From the human T2T-CHM13v2.0 reference genome, Homo sapiens: DNA of 64,000 nt. This document shows, piece after piece, positions 23,610-36,954 of this stretch (positions are counted from its first letter, which is position 1; each line of letters begins with the position of its first letter). Below the pieces are notes generated by a model. The model worked only from the letters and a program-made list of their open reading frames with translations. It searched no databases and was not told where the DNA came from. The stretch is from NCBI RefSeq assembly GCF_009914755.1, contig NC_060925.1; one strand, given 5' to 3'. The position numbers and the translations under genes are program-made.

Positions 23610-25409
23610 TGTCCACCCCTCCCAGTGCTGCTGGGTCTGGGAGTCCCCACAAGTGTGTCCTGTCTGCCTATAGTCACAGCCATCTCACCTCCAGGTGACA
23701 GTGGTCATACCCACCAAACTTTCTTCTGCCCCAGGCCCTTATAGTGACCCCTACTGCTAAGACTTCTCGTGCCCATGAAGACTCCTGCACTTCCACTGCT
23801 GTTGGAAGCTGAAGGCCATCAGAAGCCCGCTGTCAAAGGTATGCCCAGCTGAAGCTCCTCCACAGGGAGCATCCATCCTCTGGCACCCTCAATGTGGGAG
23901 CGAGGCAGTCATCTCCGGTAAAATGGGGGAGAACCTCTACCCCACTGCAGGATTGCTTTGCTACCTTTATGACTTTCAGACACTATTATTATTGCACAAA
24001 TATGCTCTTCAGCTTGACTTGGAGCTTCCTGCTCTCTGGTTCTTGACCCAACATTTACAAATTAAATAACAGTATTTAATTAATACTATGTAGTCTAATA
24101 AATTATTAGTTAATAATTAATATGAATTAACAATTAATTAAATAAAAAGTATTTGTTGAGGGCCTAATGTAGGACATGCATGGGATTACACCTGAAATTA
24201 TCTGTTGACTCTGGCAACTGAGTCATATTTGTGTTCCTAGTGCTCTCTTTCCATGGAAGGAGTCCCCTCCAGGCATGAATAGACCCCTCACCTGTCACAA
24301 AAATACTCTGCAGAGCTGTCCAGCAAGTCTGCCAGCCATGTCTGCAACCTGAGGGAATAAACTAACACTACCTAAGCTTCAGCTAGGAGGAGGGCATGGA
24401 CGATGCGAGGTGACTGGGGAAGATGTCTGTGATGGATCCCTGGTTCTTACCAGAGTGACTTCCCCAAGGTCAACATCACTCATCCACGCTTTCATCAAGT
24501 AGATCCCAAGAAGGAAGGTACAGCCAAGGAAGGGATACTCTAGACAGCTTAACTTAGGAAGCTCTTGCTTTGCTGAGTCACTTGAATATTGCACCTGCAA
24601 ACCCTTCTTTTACATGGCTTTTTTGGGGATTCCATTCCTTATTTATTCCATCACTAGATGAAAAAAATACCCCCATAGAAAAGCATGTTTCCTTGAAAGG
24701 TTTTCAAGTTCCTCAGTATTGTAGTTAGAATATTAGGTCTGATTTACCCTTTGAAAACTTCCTCTTTGATACAGTATTTTAGCTGTAATTATTAGGACAA
24801 AAGATCAGAGAACCATAAAAGAAAAATGACATCTTAAATATTTACTTAAATGGACTTCAATTTAAATGGACTTAAATTGTTTACAGAGCTCATGCTACAT
24901 TCTGCTATATAGAAAATAGCAAGAAAAAAAGTGAAAGGAAAACTTTCCAAAAATTTTGTTTGGAAAAGTTTTCTTCAGAAACATATCCAAGGATCTCTTT
25001 ATGGTAGAAAAGAGAAAGGTCTTTGGAACTTTTGAGGGGGAAATGCTGTTTTTAATAAAAAAGCAATTCAAGGAATATTTATTTATTTGCTCAGTTTCAA
25101 AAGGTGTCCTTTAGTGTTGAGACCCCAGGAAGGCCAATGTCATGTTTCCTGAGGCTGTTGGGAAAAGGAAGGAGTTTTGACATAGAAGCAATCAATTCAC
25201 AGAGAAGCAAAGAAGTGCTGGAATTGGCTGTTGGCCCCTTATGTCCACAAGACCCAGAAACTGAGAGAGATAGTAGTTAAAATTGCAAAGTGTTTTCAAA
25301 GTGTTTTCCTGAAAAGATCCAACTTTGACACAAAGGAATTGTTTACTTTTTAAATATACATGTCTGCAGGAAATTTTATAAGGTCTGTATCCATGTGTAT
25401 GTGAGTAGA

Positions 25410-25455
25410 TCTCTCTCTCTCTCTCTCTATCTCTCTCTGTCTCTCTCTCTCTCTC
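25410..25455. repeat. Imperfect (TC)n microsatellite
   Basis: Direct read of the sequence. Confidence 0.95.
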
Positions 25456-25559
25456 AGCTTTTTGGATTTTCTCTTTACCTTATATGTTACAAACTTTTAC
25501 AAACATGTGTCTAAATGTGGATTTTTAAAAAATTCATTCTGCTTGCCACTTTGGGAGAT

Positions 25560-25930
25560 ATTTTTTCTATCTAAGGACTCAGGCCTCTTTTTTTTTTCTT
25601 GCAAAATTCTTACTTTTCAAACATTGTCCCCCAAGAACCCTCTCTATTTTCCATATCTAGAACTCATTGAATAATTATGGAAATTTCTAGATTAATCCTC
25701 CCTGTCCCTTAACTTTTTATAATACTTTTTCTTTGTGATCCATTCTGGAAGATTTTTTTCAGTTTTATCTTCCATTTCATGAATTCAGTCTTGAACTATA
25801 CCCAGACTAATACTCGACAAATCTATTGAGCTTTTGTTTCAATAACCGTATTCTTCAATTCCAAAATTTCTAATTTTTTTTTCTCCAACCGTGAATTCGT
25901 GTTTAATGGATGCTATTTCCCCCTTTGTTT
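25560..25930 (-). mobile_element. Very old L1ME ORF1-region fragment
   Basis: cattctggaagattttttcagttttatcttcca..tctattgagcttt..tcaattccaaaatttcta. Confidence 0.55.
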
Positions 25931-27327
25931 CCATAAGGATAGGAAAACAGTTCTTTCAGGGGTGAGTTGAGTGCTCGTGCTTGCAGCCTGTCGTCCTGCT
26001 GCTGGGCCTTCTCAGAGGGCCTCTCCCTTGCTCATGTGGGATGCGAGACTGCTGTTGGGATGATGTAATTGTGGTTTCAGCCTGGGACCTGGTGGAAGCA
26101 AGATTCTGGGCTCCTATAATATATAGGAAACAACGCCCCAGCCTCAGCCACATGGCTGCAGCTTGCAGCCACGCCGCAGCCCTGGGTGGGCGGCTGGGTT
26201 CTAACCCCGGACCCCACCATGGTATGGAGACCCTGTCCCCTGTCCCCTGCCCCACCTGCTTGGCCTGGCTCTGGACCTGGCCCGTCGGAGGAATGTGGGT
26301 CAGGAGTCCACTTATCCTTGCTGGTTTTCTCCACCCCTGTGGTGTAGAGAGATTGCATCAATTCTTGTCTATAGAGATTTCCCATTTCCTTTTCTTGTTT
26401 TTGTGCTGGCTATGTGCTTATAAATACATTTGAGATCTTTAAAAGTATGTGTTGGGGAAGAAGAGAGGTTGCAGGCTGAGCTCAATCCAACATCTGGACC
26501 CTGATATCTAGTGAGGAATGTCTCAGGAGAGGCATAGAAGACTCAGGTGCAATGACAGAGAAGCTCCTGGCTTCATCTCTTTAGATTCTGAGATAGGGAG
26601 GCATGGGAAAGGAGGAATAACGTAAAGGTAAAGAGGGGAGGAGGAAAAGCAGAGTCACGGACGGAGGACCACGGAGCAGGGGCGGGTGGGAGCCACCTGG
26701 CGATTACAGGTGCTAAAGTCGTGTTTCTCCATCTTTTATATTTAAATAATGATTTTACTTTATGGATCCTGAGGAAGGAAGCTTAGCAAGTGCTTATTCA
26801 TAAGCATTTTTCTCATGATCTCTTCATGCCATAACATATGTGTATGGAACATAAAGCCCATAGAGTAAAATCATTTCATTAAGTGTGTGGTTAGTGACAT
26901 GTGGTTAGCACACATTATTTCCTCCTTTCTGCCTTTGTAGTAAAAATAAAATGTAAACAAAGTTGTTGAGGACTTTTGATAGGAGTGAGAGGGAGGGCTG
27001 TCTTCTGGCCTTCCAGACTACTTCAGAACCACCGATAAAAATGTGAATCTAATATCGAGGTTAATAAACTTGTCTCAGTGTTGCTGATTAAGACGATTTT
27101 TTTTCCTAACCCAAATGTAAGTGTTTGGAACTAGTAATTCAAACCATTGTTAAGCCTTAAGGATATAAGTCTGGCTTAATGCCCAGAGAGTCAGTAGACT
27201 CAGGCTCTTGAATGTTATTTAGGAAAACCAATCCTAAAAGAAGAATTCCTCGCTAAAATGCAGATTCCAGAGACTTCTGAATGTGCCATTGGCAGTTTCA
27301 GCAGATGTACATAAGCATAGAAATAAC

Positions 27328-27746
27328 CGCTTTACTGGGTTAAACGGTGTCACCCAATTGTGTGTCTACCCAGAACCTCAGAAGATGACCTTGTTTGGGA
27401 ATGGGGTCTTTACAGATGTAATTAGTTAACATGAGGTCATACTGTATTAGAGTGGGCCCGAAATCCAATGGCTCATGTCCTTCTAAGGAGAGAGGATTTC
27501 GAGACAGAGAGGAGACAGAAGGCCATGTCACAATGGAGACACTGATTGCCAAGGAATACTAAGGATGGCTGGCAACCACCAGGAACTAGGAAGAGGACCT
27601 ACCCCAGAGCCTTCAGAGGGACGGTGGTCCTGCCCACACCCTGCTTTCAGACTTCTGGCCTCCAGAACTGTGAGAGAATAAATCTGAGGTGTTTTAAGCT
27701 CCCAGTTTGTAGTAGTTTATTACAGCAGCCCTAGGAAACTAAGACA
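27328..27746 (+). mobile_element. MLT1B/C solo LTR (MaLR)
   Basis: gggtctttacagatgtaattagttaacatgaggtcatac..cagacttctggcctccagaactgtgagagaataaat..cagcagccctaggaaactaagaca. Confidence 0.9.
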
Positions 27747-28828
27747 TCTTGGGGAAAAAGTAGACACAGGGCCCAAGTAACAGTGTAAATTCCACCATTA
27801 ACATCAAACACCAGGGAGGCAAAGGATCATCTTAGTCAAGGGACTTCCTTGCCAGGCTCCTGGGCACCTGGGAGGCATCTACCTGATGGTCCAGGGCCAG
27901 CTTTTCTTGTGGTCTCCCCGTTGTTAATGTGTGGGTCCAGGTTGGCACATGGTGACAGACCTCCACCCATTACACCCATTAGTTGTGAACGCTGACTAAG
28001 TGTCCCCCTCAAAAGTTTGCCAACTCTTGGCTTAGCTGCCCCATTTACAAGTTGCCCGTCCTTACATAAGTTGTCTGATTACTTATGTTTTCTATCTGGA
28101 GCTTATCTTTTTACATGTTGACTCAACCTACTTCACTGGGAAGAGGATCAAAATGGGAAAGAACAAAAGCTGTAACAATGTTAGCAGTTAATTTTTTTTT
28201 TTTTGTAAAGAGTTGGCAAAGTGTTTACTATCTAAATAGCTGGCCTCAGAATTCCTCTTGGGAAGGAAACTGTCTTTACACAAGAAAATTCCTTGGTAAA
28301 GACTCCCCAGACCACATCAGGACGGCATGTTGATTGGTAGCAAGGCTGCTGATAGCAGTTGCATTGAGACAGCAAAGCTTTTGCAATAGAGGCTATTATA
28401 CAAGAAAGGAGGAGCAAAGGATGGGGCTGGGGGAGGGGAGTGTGAGAGAATTTAGCAAGACTAGTTGAAGAGATGGTGTGAATATGAATGCTGTGTGATA
28501 CGACCCTTTCCCTCCTGTCAAAATACTCTAGAAATTTATGAATCCTTGAAGGAAGTGATTCTCTTGCTGTTATTGTTGCTTTGGAGACAGTTTCTCATTA
28601 CACTTGACATGTTCCTTCATGTATCTAACATTTATTGAGCACACTGAGAAGAAATCATCTCCTCTTCCCATCTCCAAGAATGTGCAGACGTCTAATGGAG
28701 GGTGTTGGAATGCCACTGGACGTAGACTAGTAGGTTTTGTGTTTCTACACCAAGACTATAAGAAGCAGGACAGCCGCCAGCTTGTATTCAGTTACATTAT
28801 ATGTTTCTTCTTTTTAAGGCAATACTGC

Positions 28829-29772
28829 TGCAGGGGAGGAAAAATATATATATTCCTTTTACCCTTCCAAGTTCATGGCTGGGGCCCTATAACAAAAGAC
28901 AGATTGACAAAACAAAAGCAAACAGATTTATTTAATGTGAGTTTCACATGACACAAGAGCCTTCATAAGGAAATAAAGACTCAAAGAAACAGTTAAACCT
29001 GCATGTTTTTACTAATAGGTTTGATGAAGCATGAGCAGTCATGGAGAAATTCAGTAGAGCATTGGTGTGGTTTGGCTCTGTGTCCCCACCCAAATCACAT
29101 GTCGAATTGTAGTCCCCACGTGTCAAAGGGGGGACCTGGTGGGAGGTGATTGGATTATGGGGGTGGACTTCCCCCGTGCTGTTCTTGAGATACTGAGTGA
29201 GTTCTCACGGCATCTGATCATTTAAAAGTGTAGTACTTCTCCCCCTGTCGCTCTCTCCTACTCCACCGTGGCAAAGACATGCTTGCTTCCCCTTCACCTT
29301 CTGCCGTGATTGTAAATTTCCTGAGCTTTTCTAACCATGCTTTCTGTAAAGCCTGTGGAACTGTGAGTCAATTAAACCTCTTATCTTCATAAATTACCCA
29401 GTCTCAGGTAGTTCCTTATAGCAGTGTGAAAACCGACTAATACAAGCGTAGAGTACAAGGTAAGAGTAGTTAACTGGGGGAAACTTAACAAGGCCTGTTT
29501 GTTCAGATACTCTGTGTCCCTTCATCTTCAGAGATAAAGATACCCCTTTCCTCCTGGAGACGGGAGGGCACCTTTCATATGAGAGTCTTATGACGTGCTT
29601 CAGGGGAAGATCAGAACATTCTTCCTGGGTTTTCTGACCTGCTTTGTGGAAGAACGGTGGGGAAATTCAGAGAGTCCTTCCTGCATATGCTATATCTCTA
29701 ATTTCCTCAACTTAAAATATTCAGTATATCAAGGAGCCATATTTTGGGGGTAGCATGTCCTGAGCCTCATCA
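28829..29772 (-). mobile_element. ERV1 (MER4-group) solo LTR, interrupted by THE1D
   Basis: End cttaaaatattcagtatatcaaggagccatattttgggggtagcatgtcctgagcctcatca is the rc of an ERV1 LTR start; sequence continues on both sides of the THE1D. Confidence 0.75.
29063..29444 (+). mobile_element. THE1D-like solo LTR (nested)
   Basis: tggtgtggtttggctctgtgtccccacccaaatc..gcctgtggaactgtgagtcaattaaacctc..gactaataca; TSD AGCAT/AGCGT. Confidence 0.92.
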
Positions 29773-29869
29773 CTCTGATTGGAATATAGATTTTATACCT
29801 TAACTGAAGTTAGATTGACTGTCTCAAACAGGTCAAACTGATGACCAACAATATGTTCTATGTGGCTTA

Positions 29870-30130
29870 CAGTGACAAGAAAAATAAAAGCCCATATTTA
29901 CAAAGTTAGAGATTTCACATAGAATCTGGATTTCAGAGATCTCTTCAAAAACAGAGACATAGGATAATACTGCCAAAATCAGCAGGTGTTCCCCAGGGGC
30001 CACCCCTTCCAATGGGTACATCCCTGGAGGGTGACTCCTGCTGTCTCTTACCTCTCCCACCTCCCCAAGGCAGGGCACCAATTCCCCTTTATCTTTCACA
30101 TGCCCTGTACTTTTCGTTGTTATGGTGGTT
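29870..30130. mobile_element. hAT-Charlie MER (MER102/103-like) fragment
   Basis: gagatttcacatagaatctggatttcagagatctcttcaaaaa. Confidence 0.45.
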
Positions 30131-31559
30131 ATGTCTCAGGGGCCATAATTCTACCAAAAGCAAGGGAAAAAAAGTGGACTAAGAGGATGGGGTTTTGACA
30201 AAGCAAAATGGGAGACAGCCTATATTTCTTTAAGGAAGTACGGACTCCTCCTGGCTGTTTAATCTGCATACCCTACTGCATGTGATGAAAGAATGCAACT
30301 TGAGTCCCTGGTTTATGAAACCTGTCTGCTCCCTGCAGATGGTCCAGCCTGTGATTCTGGACTGAAGTGACTTGATTCTAGCACTCATTTTCCGTCTCCA
30401 TCACTTAGTTGCTAATCCTGTATTTCTTCATGATTTCTCAATCTCATCTTACCTAAAATTTGCCTTTACAACCAGATTGTAAATTTCACAGTGGAAGGGA
30501 TTTTTCTCAGCAGTCCACCATTTTTCCACCCCAGACTCTCTTTCCCTGCCTGCTTCCTCCCTATCCAGGGGAGATCAGGGCAGAGGCTCAGGCAACCAGG
30601 ACAGAATGAGCCACACCTCATAGCTCTGGTCAAAACTTACCTGGGCTGTAGCTGTTGAGTCCCAGTCCTTTTCTTTGTATCCTCTCTACTTTTTCTCCTG
30701 ACTTGCTTTCCCCTGCAGCTTAGAAACTATGGATCTCCTGAGTCGGCTGCCTGCCCTTTGTGCTTCCTTTGTCTCTGCAAAGTCAGCATTCTCCCCTGGT
30801 GACTGCATCAACCTTGGACTTTTGGACCACATCTTGCTGTGCTGAGAGATCCACCTGATACTTTGCTCCCAGCAGAGTCTAGCCTACTGTCTTTCCCTTG
30901 AGTGGTTAATAGACTCATGCCTTGGTATACTCAAGCAATGCAATGTAATTCATTTAGACCAGTATGTACGGAGAAACATGTGCCTTTGACCCCCAAAATT
31001 CTTTCAAATTTTTCTTGCTCTTTGTCTTTTTCTTTTTTGCAGCAATGGGGAAGGGGAGAAGTCATCAGTTACACCTCCTCATATTTGTAGCTAAGTGGTG
31101 AGGTTCTCCTCACCATCACTTCACCATCCTTCCTTGGACCTAATCCTGAACATTGTCCTGATCCCTTTCCAAGTTACCCAGTGTAGAAAATCCCAACAGG
31201 TCCCACTGGGGAAGTCTTAACTCACAATGAGGGCCTTACCTTACCTTCAGCTACACAGAACTTGGTTTCCTCACAGAATTCCTCCTTGTGCTCAAAGAGC
31301 AAGATGAGAATTTTGGGGGCCCTTTGGATCTGGAAGATGCCAGGCCCAGACCCAGCCCTCACAAAGAGTTTGATTTATGGCAAATGTCAATGTCACATGT
31401 AAATGCAAATTGTAGCTATGGTGCAAATGAGAGCCCAGAGAAAGGGGACACTTAGCTCAGCTCTGGGTTAGCTAAGCTCAACTCAAGGTGACAAAAGGCC
31501 TGGTGGAAGAGACATTTATGACATTTGTGCAATAGTTTGACCAGATATCATTTTAAAAA

Positions 31560-32490
31560 ATATTCCAAAGTTAAGCATAATTTATGTGCCATAAATGAAA
31601 TTTACACACAGATTTTAAATGTATAGATTGGTAAGTTTTGACAGTTGCTTATACCCATGAGACCACCATCCCAAAAAAATTTCCATCCTCACTGGAAGGC
31701 CCATCTTCTAGTCAAAACGCACCCCCCCTACAGTGCTGATTTTTACTACCACAGATTTTTTTGCCCTGTCATTGAACTTCCTATAAATGTAGTGCATACA
31801 AAAGCATTCATTCAGTATGTGCTCATGGATCTGGCTTCTTTGGCTCAATACGATATTTTTTGAGATCTATTTGTGATATCAACATGAGTAGATCTCAAAA
31901 ATTGTCTGTTTCAATGATGTCTTAGTCTGCTTCCTGTTGCTTATAACAGAATAACTGAAACTGAGTAATTTATAAAGAAAAAGAATTTATTTCTTACAGT
32001 TATGGATGCTGAAAAGTCCAATGTTGAGGGGTTGTATCTAGTGACAGCCTTCTTGCTGGTGGGGACTGTCTGAAGAGTTCCAAGGCTGGGCAGGGTGTAG
32101 GGGTCAAGTGTGCTAATGTGCTAACTCAGGTCTCTATTCTTCTTCTTATAAGGCCACCGCTTTCCCTCCCATGATAACCCATTAGCCTAGCCCATTAATG
32201 CATTAATTCATGAGTGGATTAATTCATTTATGAGAGCAGGGCCTTCATGATCCAGTCACCTCCTAAAGGCGCTCCCTCTTAATATTGTCACATTGGGGAT
32301 TAAATTTCAACATGAGTTTTTGAGGGAGCAAATATTTAAGCCATAGCAATGGTTTCTTCTTTTCAAATTCTGTCACATGAATGTACTACAATTCATCTAT
32401 CCATTCTCTTTTGGATGGACATTTGGGTTATTTTCAGTTTGGGATTATCATGAATGAAGTGGCTCTAAACATTGTGTATATGCCCATGTA
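31560..32490 (-). mobile_element. L1MC/ME 3' UTR fragment, interrupted by an MST LTR
   Basis: taagttttgacagttgcttatacccatg..gaacttcctataaatg..; resumes ccattctcttttggatggacatttgggttattttcagtttggg. Confidence 0.8.
31918..32348 (-). mobile_element. MST-type (MSTC/MSTD-like) solo LTR
   Basis: tgtcttagtctg..taatttataaagaaaaagaatttatttcttacagtt..ggggattaaatttcaacatgagtttt..ccatagca. Confidence 0.9.
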
Positions 32491-33081
32491 TTTTTTCATC
32501 AAACAAAGATTGAGTAGGTCAGTGTCTACAGCAAGGGTCCCAGACATCTACCCATGGGAAAGGAGATTAAGGTAAGCCATCGATCAGAGGTCCACTGGGT
32601 AAAATTCTTTGGGTAAAAACTAAGTAGGGGGCCTGTTCATGCTCAAGAAAGGAATTTTAGGATTACAGGGAAGCTGTGCTCTCTTGTGTGAACTGTATTC
32701 TCTTTGCAGTGGAAAAAGTCCTGAGCAGGGAGGGAAGAGAGCAGGGTCGAGACAGGGGACAGCGAAGACAGGAGAGCAAGGTGCCTAGGCAGCAAATGGA
32801 AGGAGGCACTCATGCTTGGGGCCCAGTGTACGCTGCATGGCCCTGAGGCCTGGCCCCTGCTGGGATAGTTAGTTCTTCATGTCTTGTAGTAGCAGAGATT
32901 GGAAATTGGTGGGATCTGCTATTTCTAGCATATTGTCCTCTCCTCAGAGCCTGATGGCTGGAGGCAAGCTGTGACAACGCTCTCTGCAGGCTTTGGAGAG
33001 AAAGGAGGGGAAGGAGGGGGTGTTTTCCTGCTGCATCATCCTGGTAGTGAGCCTTTGTGCTGAGATTTTGCTAGAAGGGAC

Positions 33082-33574
33082 TGTAATTGCAGGACCAGCC
33101 CACACTGGGCCTACTGTGTTGATAACAGAATGTCAAGTTACCACAAGTCATGTAGCCTAGGCATGTGTAATAGAAAAAGACTTGACCTCCAACAACACCT
33201 GGAACCAATGATTCCTTCCCCACAGAACCAAGAAGACTGGGACATAAGGAGAACCTGAATGTCAAAACTTTTTCAGAAGTGAAGGGTCCATTAACCGGGA
33301 AAATCTGGGGCTATATTCTGTTTCAACATACCTTACCATAAATAGTCAAATTTGAAGCCCTCCCATCAGACCCTACCAAGCCAACATTCCTAAATCCTTT
33401 CCCTTGCCTTCCAACTCCTTAAAACTTGCTCTAGTCCCCGAATCGGGGAGACACTCTCATTGCACCTCCTGTGTCCTTGCTGACCTCACAATAAAGCCTT
33501 TCTTTTCTCAAAATCCAGTGCCATAGTATTGGCTTCTTTACATGTCAGGCAGCAAGCCCATTTGTGGGATAACA
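33082..33574 (+). mobile_element. ERV1 solo LTR (LOR1-like)
   Basis: TG...CA termini; caataaagcctttcttttctcaaaa..gtgccatagtattggcttct..caggcagcaagcccatttg..taaca. Confidence 0.7.
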
Positions 33575-33699
33575 AGAGTGGGCCTGGCTCTACTTCTATG
33601 CAAGTTCAAAAAACGACAAAAACAAACAAGAACCAGACTGATTTCTTCAGTGGCAGCTTGGTGTTAGGAGAGCTAGATCTTCCTTACAATTCTCTGAGG

Positions 33700-33830
33700 G
33701 ACTCAGGCAGGTCCCCTGCCCTCTCTGAGCTCCAGTTTTCTTCCTCTGTAAAATGAGGATGGTCTAACCTGCTGCGAAGCTCTCCGACATGATTGTCATG
33801 GTGACTAAACAGGAGGAAACATGGGAAATT
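33700..33830 (+). mobile_element. MIR fragment
   Basis: ctctctgagctccagttttcttcctctgtaaaatgagga. Confidence 0.7.
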
Positions 33831-34394
33831 GTGGGGAGAACATTAAATGTCTATGTATGTGAATTAATGTAGGGAAACATCCATCAGACTGATTGCTTGA
33901 GTGGTTAATCTGGCTTTAGATACTATTTAGGACTAATAACCAACACAATTTGAAAGAGAGCTGAGAGCACTGTAAATATGGGCTGTTTTGGTTTGAGCAA
34001 AGTTGAATGAACAAATGCCTTACATAAGCATTTCTTTAAAGCCTGCAGTTCCTCAAAGCCTGCACATCTCTTAAAGCATCTTTCAGTGGGTTCTGTGTTC
34101 GTTTGTTCTGCCTAGCTGAAGTCAGAGTCGACACAAACACAGTGTGTTATGTGTGTACTAGAAGAAAGAGTCAGTAATATGACAAAGGTAAGGGCAGAAT
34201 TGGAATCTCATGAAGAGTATAACCACGGGCTGAGTTATTGAACTGTATGAAGATGGAAATGAAATAATGTATCTAACACCAGAGAAAGAGAAATAGCTGG
34301 GAAAGATGATGATATATTTCCAACAAGAATGAAACTTAGAAGTGAATCAGTTTTAAATAGTAAGGGAGCATAGCAATTATTGTATGCGGCCTTG

Positions 34395-34505
34395 TCATTT
34401 CTCAGATAAAAAGACCGAGGTCTGCAAAGTCTGATTTATTTGCACCTGGTGACATAGCTAATTAGAAGTGTAGCTGGCATTGGAATCTGGTTCTTCTAAA
34501 TCCTA
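34395..34505 (-). mobile_element. MIR fragment
   Basis: cagataaaaagaccgaggtc..ggtgacatagctaatt..gctggcattggaatc. Confidence 0.6.
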
Positions 34506-35690
34506 GAGGTAAAAGATGTCAGCCTGTGAAATGTCTTAGTTAAATTTAATTGCGAGTTTGACTGAATGTTCAGGTTAGGGCATTTCTTTCAAGAACTGAA
34601 TAAGGCTTATGTTTTATTACAGAAAAAGGTCTATTGATTAGAAGCCATGTGACTGACTAAAGAAAACCAATGTGAATAGGAAGATGACTCAAATGTCTAA
34701 ACCCCAGTAGGGAGAGTTTGAAAAGAAAGAGAAAGGAATTAGAAACAAATGAAACAACTAAACAAAAAAAAAAACATGATAGAGAAAAGTCTTGGGAATT
34801 TGCACTATTAAACACTTTCTGAACCAAAAAAAAAGAGAGAAATTTTGTATCACCAGGGCAGATTAAAATCCTTTCAAGGATAATAATGAGAAAAGAAAAA
34901 TGAAAGGAAAAAAAACCTCTAGACAAAAGGAAAGACTTCCCACAGGTAATGACACCAGAATGCAGGAACCTGGAAAGCAGCAACAATGGAAGCTGGCTGG
35001 GGGCAGCGAGAGACAGGGAGAAAGAATGCAAAATGAACACAAAGCGGCTGCAGGATAGCAGTACCTGGGACCGCAGAGCGAGGGAGAGTGGATTCACAGC
35101 TCTGGGAAGGCAGTTTCTGACAAGGTGCATGCTAATAAGACCAAAATGCAGGCTTCACTTTGCATCCATTATTCATAACTTGGTTTTACAAGAAGTGCCC
35201 TCCTGCAGAAAAGAGGACAGAAAGAGAGATGATAAATGCCTCCACGGTGGGCCATTTCCCGTCGTCTACACCCCAGCGACCCTCGAAGGATTTCTTTGAT
35301 TCCCATCTGAGGGATGAAATGAAAGGAGCCTCCTTGAGAGAGGTCATTTTAAAATTGGAAACCTGAAAGGTGAGGAAAGACAGTGGGTCCAATGGCATTG
35401 CAGTGAGCAAAGGACGGGGAGAAGGGGGAAAGCAAAATTAATTTGTTTCTCTGTTGGCTTGCAGGTCACTCTTTTCTTCTGCATGATGATGAGAAATAAT
35501 AAATAAAACAAAATCTTCTTGCAAATAAACATTTTGCTGAAAGGGAATAATGATTTAGTACTGGGCTAATTTTTGTTTGGGGGCAAAAACAGTACCAAGT
35601 GTCTGGGTACTGATAATTTCCAGGGTGATCTAGTAAGTCTTGGAAATGCTCGGCAATAAGACTCAGAGACACATCAAGAATTCAAGATCC

Positions 35691-35921
35691 ACCAGTCTGG
35701 CCAACATGGTGAAACCCCGTCTCCTCTAAAAATACAAAAAATTAGCCGGGCTTGGTAGCACACGCCTGTAATCCCAGCTACTAGGTAGGTTGAGGCAGGA
35801 GATTCATTTGAACCCAGGAGGCAGAGGTAGAGGTTGCAGTGAGCTGAGATCATGCCACTGCACTCCAGCCTAGACGACAGAGTGAGATTCTGTCTCAAAA
35901 AAAAAAAAAAAAAAAAAAAAA
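35691..35921 (+). mobile_element. 5'-truncated AluS with A25 tail
   Basis: Starts mid left arm (accagtctggccaacatggtgaaacc); TSD aattcaa(g/a)atcc (35679-35690 / 35920-35931). Confidence 0.93.
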
Positions 35922-36696
35922 TTCAAAATCCAAAGGACACTTTCTAAGACTAACTTTTACTGGATTCTCCTGTAGGGATTATAACCAGAACTGTCCATGA
36001 ACAGCCACATACACCTTTGCCTTCTCTAGACCAAACCTTCCATGTCTTTAGAGTCTTTCCTTGTTAATGGGCCTCCCATGATTTTCATTCAAGTCTCCCC
36101 AGGTTATCTCTAGCATTAGTTCACAGCTTCACTCCACGCTGGCTTTGGAAAAGGCAGGTACTGCCTCTTCCCAGCCAGCAGTTATCACCTCCTTTGGAGG
36201 GTATGCCAGCCCCTGGTGCTACTTCAGTGGCTTGGCCTCCCATGCAGGAGATATTATAAAATGTCTGCATATTTGCACATAGCCTTCTTTATGTGGGTAA
36301 CTGCCCAGCCACCAGACCCTGAGTCTTGCACTTTGGCTCTACATGATGGTATTAGCTGATGGAATTCTCTAGTCCCTTTAACATAGATTGTCTTCCTCTC
36401 AACCCTTTAGTTTAACTTGATATATTTTTAAAAAATGATTAGCTTGAACTAACCCTTTCTTCTTCTCAAACCAGAAAATCGGAATGTGCCTCTGTGAGCC
36501 TGTTCCCTGGACTTGCCAGGGGACAGGCCCACCCCACCCAGTAAAATACTTATGACATTGCAGAACTATGTCTATATCATCACTTGTGGATCTTTTGGTT
36601 TTGAATTCTTTGTGTGGCATGTGTATACATGAGTTTTTTTTAGTGGGGAGAAGAAAAACCACAAATGCTCTTGGCAAATGTTGTTAGAAGGTATAT

Positions 36697-36882
36697 TGGT
36701 GGTTCTCAAAAGCCAGTCCAGGCACTGTTGACCTAAGAATCCTGTGTGAGGCTTCAGAAAAATTCAGAATCCTGGGCACCACCCTGGATTATTTTATAGT
36801 TGGTCCAGGGTATAATGGCAAATCTGTATTTTTCTAATGCTCCTGGGGAATGCTGATGATTTGCCAGGCTTAATAACCAGTG
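36697..36882. mobile_element. MER5-type hAT-Charlie element
   Basis: gtggttctcaaa..cagaatcctgggcaccaccc..aatctgtatttttctaatgctcctgggga..aaccagtg. Confidence 0.7.
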
Positions 36883-36954
36883 GATGAACCATTTCCGGCA
36901 ACATGCTTTGCTCCATGCTGGGTTGGTTTGTCTGAATCTGTCTTAACTGAGTGA

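Noticed and set aside
24061-24150. Chain of 6-7 bp hairpins (agtatt..aatact, ctaataa-a-ttattag)
   Set aside because: AT-rich low complexity at an L2 tail makes short stems likely by chance.
34130-35000. Purine-rich stretch possibly from an ancient L1/HAL1 ORF1 or a pseudo-exon
   Set aside because: I could not match it to a consensus or protein with confidence.
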